This document shows, in pieces, positions 20,264 through 25,782 of a stretch of DNA of 25,782 nt. The stretch comes from Tubiluchus corallicola (lineage: Eukaryota; Animalia; Priapulida): positions 1 through 25,782 of the forward strand of contig JAQGDQ010001779.1 in NCBI GenBank assembly GCA_030141605.1. Direction: 5' to 3'. Below the pieces are notes generated by a model, which saw only the letters and a program-made list of their open reading frames with translations, did no database searches and was not told the DNA's origin. Numbering within the stretch: position 1 is the first letter of the stretch; the number at the start of each line of letters is the position of its first letter. Both the position numbers and the translations under genes were made by a program.

Positions 20264-20788
20264 GTGTAGACCAATAATTTATTTGGAGACACTTTATGTA
20301 ACCAGCTAAAAAATTACCGGCCGTGAGCTTGCGTTACAGTAATTTGTTCAGTCTGTACGTCACATTCATTCGAATTCCAAAAATATTTATACATTTGAGT
20401 TGAAATTTGGTTAGGATAATTAATTAGGATGTCTTGTGTTCAAAACGACTTTCAATTTGCAAGATTCGGCCATCTGTGCCAGGGGGTAGCCAGGTTCTAC
20501 AGTTCATTATTTTATTATAAACTAACACATTCGTATAATAATTCAATTTTCATTCGTCTTAAATGCAAAATCTGATAATTTTTAATTACCTGGTACATGC
20601 GCATTAACTAATTAATTATATTAGTAACAATCCTGAGAGGGTGGCTGACCTTGATAAGTTCTCTCGCCACCCTTTCACCACTAATCAATAATTACTTCTG
20701 CACTTTATAATATTATTGTATGTTGTACAGATTTATAAATCTCTTAGTTATGTAATTTGCTATTTTAAAAATGGCGATAAACTAATAC

Positions 20789-20818
20789 AATTCAATTCAA
20801 TTTCAATTCAATTCAATT
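20789..20818. repeat. (AATTC)n microsatellite, probably a retroelement 3' tail
   Basis: CAATTCAATTCAATTTCAATTCAATTCAATT; preceded by a GGGTGGC...GCCACCC hairpin at about 20639-20672. Confidence 0.6.
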
Positions 20819-21482
20819 TTATTTTCTCAATAGCAGTTTAGAATTCATGTTAATTATTTTTGTGTTTCATTACAGGCCAGAAGGAGCAGCGAAAGACCTA
20901 TTGGTCACTTGGTCGACTGCCCCTTATTAAAAATACAAGTTTACTTACAGGCTCATGACATTTTTATTAAAACAATTCAACTGAAAACAATAGAAATTAT
21001 AAGCAAATCAAAACAATAGAAATCATAAGCAAAACAGAACAGGATTCAACTAGGGGCAAAAATTATATCACACAAAAGCAACAAAATCAAACTCAAGAGC
21101 AAAAACAAAATTCAGTTTAAAGCAAAACATATATGAAGCAACAGTAACAAAAATCTTCGCAAGGCGAAACTAAAAAATCAAAACAAGGCTAGAACAAAAT
21201 ATATAATTAGGCGAGCAGAATTTTTATGATGCAACATTCAATCTAGAGGCAAAGCAGAGTAACCGAATATGTTCATGCAATAAATAAAACTTACTTTCTT
21301 ACTTACTTACGGGAAGCAAGCACTTAAAACTGGCGCCGTGACACATGCCAAACAATTTTTAACACATTTATCATACGTTTAAATTTTGTGTTTAAAATCA
21401 AAACACGAGGAGCATACAGTGACTGTGTTAAGGTGTGAAATGAATTGGATTGAATTGAACAAAGTTTAGTTTTTATCTACAG

Positions 21483-21951
21483 CAGGGGTGTGCAAATTAT
21501 CTGACTAGCCGGGCCACATTAAACTTTCCCGCAATTCCTGCGGGACCACAGGCAGTTTGATCAAGGAGCCAAGTACAGAAAGGCCTAATAACGATTTTTC
21601 TTGCATCCGACCTGAGTACATCATTACTACTCCACTCAAAAAACTATTTTAGAAGTTATTAAAATTTATATTACAAACCATATATTTCTACTTTCAGGAC
21701 AGATAGTGGTAATTTCATTACAATGCATATTAGTAATGTGTATCACACAGTCTGTGTACTACAGTGACATTAAGCTACAACCGTCTAGTAAGGGTTAATG
21801 GCATCCGATCTAGTAGAAAAAACTACCCGCACTATCTTTGGCATCGTGGCACGGACTTCAGCTGGATACACTCAATTAATCGCCCGGGCCGCACTTTCAT
21901 TAGGATGACAAATCTCTTCGCGGGCCGCGGGCCTCAATTTGCACACCCCTG
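21483..21951. mobile_element. hAT (Charlie-like) MITE, family B copy 2 (469 bp), same orientation as copy 1
   Basis: Same TIR; TSD ATCTACAG / ATCTAGAG (7/8 match, NTCTAGAN-like target); colinear with copy 1 plus an extra internal segment. Confidence 0.92.
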
Positions 21952-21999
21952 ATCTAGAGTGGGACGTTTTGAACATATATCGTACTTTGTGATGAAATA

Positions 22000-22675
22000 A
22001 AAAACTCAATAGAGGAGAAACTGAACAGAATGGATCTCGTTATAAACAAAAATAAAACTGAAGAGTTTCACATAACACGCCATGATGATGAATCATGGCA
22101 AAGATGCAAGTATCTGGGTAGTCTGCTAGCAACAGAGGATGACACATCAAGACGGAAGATAATGGCATTATCAGCTTACTCAAAACTCACAAAAGTTTTT
22201 GAGAACAGGAAGATTTCTTTGGAAACAAAAATTAGAATATTCTCAGCCTTAGTTGAAACTGTATTTCTGTATAACTCTGAACTCTGGACATTAAAAGCAA
22301 ATTATAAAGCTGAAATCGATGCGTTTCAAATTACAGAAACATTTTGGGTATTAGATAGCCAAAGAAAATTTCAAACAAAGATCTATATGAAAAAATAAAA
22401 GAAGAACCTTGGACAAGAAAAATAAAAAGACGCCATTTAAGATGGAATGGGCATATGCTTAGACTACCTGATGACATTTCAGTGAAGATAGCTCTTCAAC
22501 AAGCCATAGAAGCAGCTAAAAAACCTGCAGGAGGACAAATGTTAACATATTTAGATTTTGCACAGAAAGATTTAATCACGTCAGCATTGATCCTTAGAAA
22601 TAAATCCACCTGGGGCATTGCAGCGAGTAGGGAGTCCTCACTGGACATGTGATTCATTGGATGATGATGATGATT
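22000..22675 (+). mobile_element. 5'-truncated, frameshifted RTE-like LINE (C-terminal RT/thumb region) with (GAT)n tail
   Basis: LVINKNKTE...KYLGS...ISLETKIRIF...VFLYNSELWTL, a frameshift, then RRHLRWNGHMLRLPDD; tail GATGATGATGATGAT at about 22660-22674. Confidence 0.85.
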
Positions 22676-23598
22676 ATAACATTTTTAATGTAAATGTGTA
22701 TGTTGTAATATAAAAATATTTAGTACTCTATCTGTTTTGTTGCAACTGTCAATGTTCACTGTGTTTGTAGTTTAACCCTGCACCTGATGTTTTTATGCAC
22801 TAGTGATGTCTGTCATATGCAAGTGTAATGTTTTATTAACATCTTGAGATGTTCAAAATTTTTACAAGACAAATAAAGATTTTATATATACTATATACTA
22901 TTTCTTGCATACTTTATATATATATATATATATATAGTCATACCACAATCCTGGTACAGATTATTCAAATTGGTACAGAACAAGGCATCATTGATAAATA
23001 TTTAGAACTGATGTCAACATAGCGCAATCTATTATCTTTCTTCCTACCATTTCCACTAACACATCCTTCTACCCTTCCTGTGTGATCTAACCTTTCTCCC
23101 AGTTCTTTTTTTGTTCACTCATCCATTCTTTTTTTATCGGGTTCACATGACAGTGGGCTTATACAAGCCTTTGCTTCTCTAGCCCACTGCAGTACAATTA
23201 TTCTTTTATGGTAACGATAGTGTATGAAACATAATAATTTAATACAGCAGATGTAATAATTTTGATGTCACTGTGTGCTTAATGTCATTATATTGTACTG
23301 AATGTGATAATAATAAACTAAAAAAATCGTTTTAAAAACCCAACATACGTAAACGATAATATATATTCATCCGTAAATTTTATTTACCCACGTCCATTTT
23401 AAATTATATGTATATATTGTATATAGTCTATTATAATTTTCGTGTATTGTAATGTATATTTTGTTTTAAATTTTTGGCACAGTAGTTTTTAGTTTGCACT
23501 GGACGCATTTGCCTTTAACAGTTGTGTGAATTTTATTTTCATGCTGCGATGTTCTTTTATGCTGATGAATATCCATTTTTTATGGCAAATAAAGATTA

Positions 23599-23935
23599 CA
23601 TATATATATTCTCATCTTATCAGTTTTCAGTGAAAGAAATATCCCTTTCAGTTCTCAGTGAAACAAAACATATATGTATATATATATATATTCTCATCTT
23701 ATCAGTTTTCAGTGAAACAAAAATCCCTTTCAGTTCTCAGTGAAACAAAACATATACATATATATATATATATATTCTCATCTTATCAGTTCTCAGTGAA
23801 ACAAAAATCAATTTCAGTTCTCAGTGAAACAAAACATATATATATATTCTCATCTTATCAGTTCTCAGTGAAAGAAAAATCCCTTTCGGTTCTCAGTGGA
23901 AGAAAAATCCCTTTCAGTTCTCAATGAAACAAAAC
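23599..23935. repeat. Compound minisatellite built on TCAGTT(C/T)TCAGTGAAACAAAA monomers alternating with ATCCCTT and (AT)n-TCTCATCTTA linkers
   Basis: About 4.5 higher-order units with variable (AT)n length. Confidence 0.9.
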
Positions 23936-24430
23936 AACAAAAGTTTTACGACAATGTACAGCATTTATTTTGTGCAGCATTTCCTATATAATACACACGC
24001 ATGATTTGAACATCAATTGTAATAGCGTTTATGCTTTTGATTCCTTATTATCATTCAACCTCAAACTTGCACCATGATATGTGCAAAGTAACGCGGGAAC
24101 TACTTTGCAGTGCAAAAAGTAGTTCCCGACAGCACCTAGGCACTTTCTACTGTACCAACAAAATATGCCAAATTGTATCCAAAAGTGGCAATTCCAATTT
24201 TTACACTAAACGCTACCTGTATGTACATTAATTATCAATACACAATCGCCATATTTATCATTGTAAACAATTTGCCAAAGCCAGAAATCCAAACAAATGT
24301 AATAGCAATGCTGTTCAAATATGCAAACAAACAAGCTCTTTAATGTAAGTTTTTTGTACAGTAAACCTGGCCATAATACAGTACATTGTTAGCAGTGTGA
24401 TACGCTCCAGGCAAAATATAATATGAATTA

Positions 24431-25190
24431 CAGTAAACCATGTATAACTTGAACACCTTGGACACAAGTTACTGTTAGACAATGTTATCAACGTGAGATA
24501 TTTTTGAAATTTTGACCAAACAGCATGCGGAAAAAACGTTCTAGCGGCGCCTGGTGGGACTCTCGGAGGGAGATATGTGGCTCTTTAGAAAGAGGAAGAA
24601 CAGGGCTATACAATGATGTGGTCTACATTTTAGGACAGGTCCACCAAGAGGAGTATCGACAAGTTAATTAGATGTTCTATTTTTGGCAATTTTCGCTTGG
24701 AAAACTGCTGACACAAAGCCATTGTTGTGACGTCATCTATTATACTCTGTTTATAACCTTATAGCTTTAATTCAGTAAAAGCTGCTGTTGCTGGCTTTGT
24801 GTTACAAATGAGGACTATGTAGGATGTTCGCGTATTATTGATTAGAAGTGTATTTACAAGCAAACTTTTTTGCGGGGCCTTTGCTAGTCTAGTTATTAAA
24901 CCACGTTCGTTAAGTCATGTTGTGTACAACGTTCTGCTAAGGCAATGCAAGAAATCTTAGCATTTTTGTTGAAACTAGCAGTAATGTGGCACATACTGAA
25001 CACTATCGCGTATGATTTCTTGCTCGGGAGGCTGTTCGAGATAGGCGAGATAATTTCACTCAGATTCTAACTGTACTGGGAATTCGGTTAGAGTTACGCG
25101 ATGTTTGGTAAATGGGAAAACGAAAGGGAGAATTCCTTCCACGAGATCTGTTCAAGATACGCAAGAATTCAAGTTACACATAGTTTACTG
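24431..25190. mobile_element. Tc1/mariner-superfamily (pogo/Tigger-like) non-autonomous element, 760 bp
   Basis: TA TSD (24429-24430, 25191-25192); TIR CAGTAAACCATGTATAACTTGAA versus reverse complement of the right end CAGTAAACTATGTGTAACTTGAA (21/23 match). Confidence 0.85.
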
Positions 25191-25416
25191 TATTATTATT
25201 ATTATTATTTTTGTTAAGCTGCATTAATGAAGTTGACGTCATTCACTTAGTAGACAGACATTCGCTTAAGAAGGCAGGCATCTTTCACTTAAAATTCAGA
25301 CGAGCCGATGACATGATTTGGGTAATTTGGTTTGGGCAAATTGTCTACTAACCAAATACAAAATAATACTTCAATATATCAAATATAATATTCATAAGTC
25401 AAACCTGTATAGATGC

Positions 25417-25736
25417 ATCTGTGACATTGTACATCAGAGTTCTTACTTATCTGTGACATTGTACATCAGAGTTCTTACTTATCTGTGACATTGTACATCA
25501 GAGTTCTTACTTGTCTGTGACATTGTACATCAGAGTTCTTACTTGTCTGTGACATTGTACATCAGAGTTGTTACTTATCTGTGACATTGTACATCAGAGT
25601 TCTTACTTATCTGTGACATTGTACATCAGAGTTCTTACTTATCTGTGACATTGTACATCAGAGTTCTTACTTGTCTGTGACATTGTACATCAGAGTTCTT
25701 ACTTATCTGTGACATTGTACATCAGAGTTCTTACTT
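25417..25736. repeat. 32-bp minisatellite, 10 head-to-tail copies of (A/G)TCTGTGACATTGTACATCAGAGTTCTTACTT
   Basis: Near-identical units with no spacers. Confidence 0.97.
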
Positions 25737-25782
25737 TATAAATGTGATAATCCTCTGTTTACACAGGATTGTTGTATGTATA

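Noticed and set aside
23522-23927. ORFs with IYIFSSYQFSVK repeats
   Set aside because: Minisatellite translations.
25417-25736. CRISPR array (32-bp repeat length)
   Set aside because: No spacers, no cas genes, and a eukaryotic context.

Overview
AT-rich genomic DNA from an invertebrate animal (spliceosomal introns, TATA/AATAAA signals, many non-autonomous transposons); it is not prokaryotic. Three protein-coding loci are visible. (1) The 5' part of a DCP1 mRNA-decapping gene: exon 1 is on the minus strand (1508-1380), but exon 2 is on the plus strand (588-628), inside a fold-back inverted duplication at the left edge of the window. (2) A 5.5-kb single-ORF gene for a multi-zinc-finger protein with about 23 fingers (5102-10588, minus). 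Its putative promoter has a TATA box directly preceded by a dense cluster of heat-shock elements, an hsp70-like layout. (3) A two-exon secreted Gly/Tyr/Arg-rich structural protein gene (19496-18413, minus). The rest holds piggyBac-, hAT- and pogo/Tigger-type MITEs with visible TIRs and target-site duplications, a 5S-rRNA-headed SINE-like element, a second truncated 5S copy, two LINE 3' remnants and several minisatellites. Family assignments come from motif recognition, not database searches.
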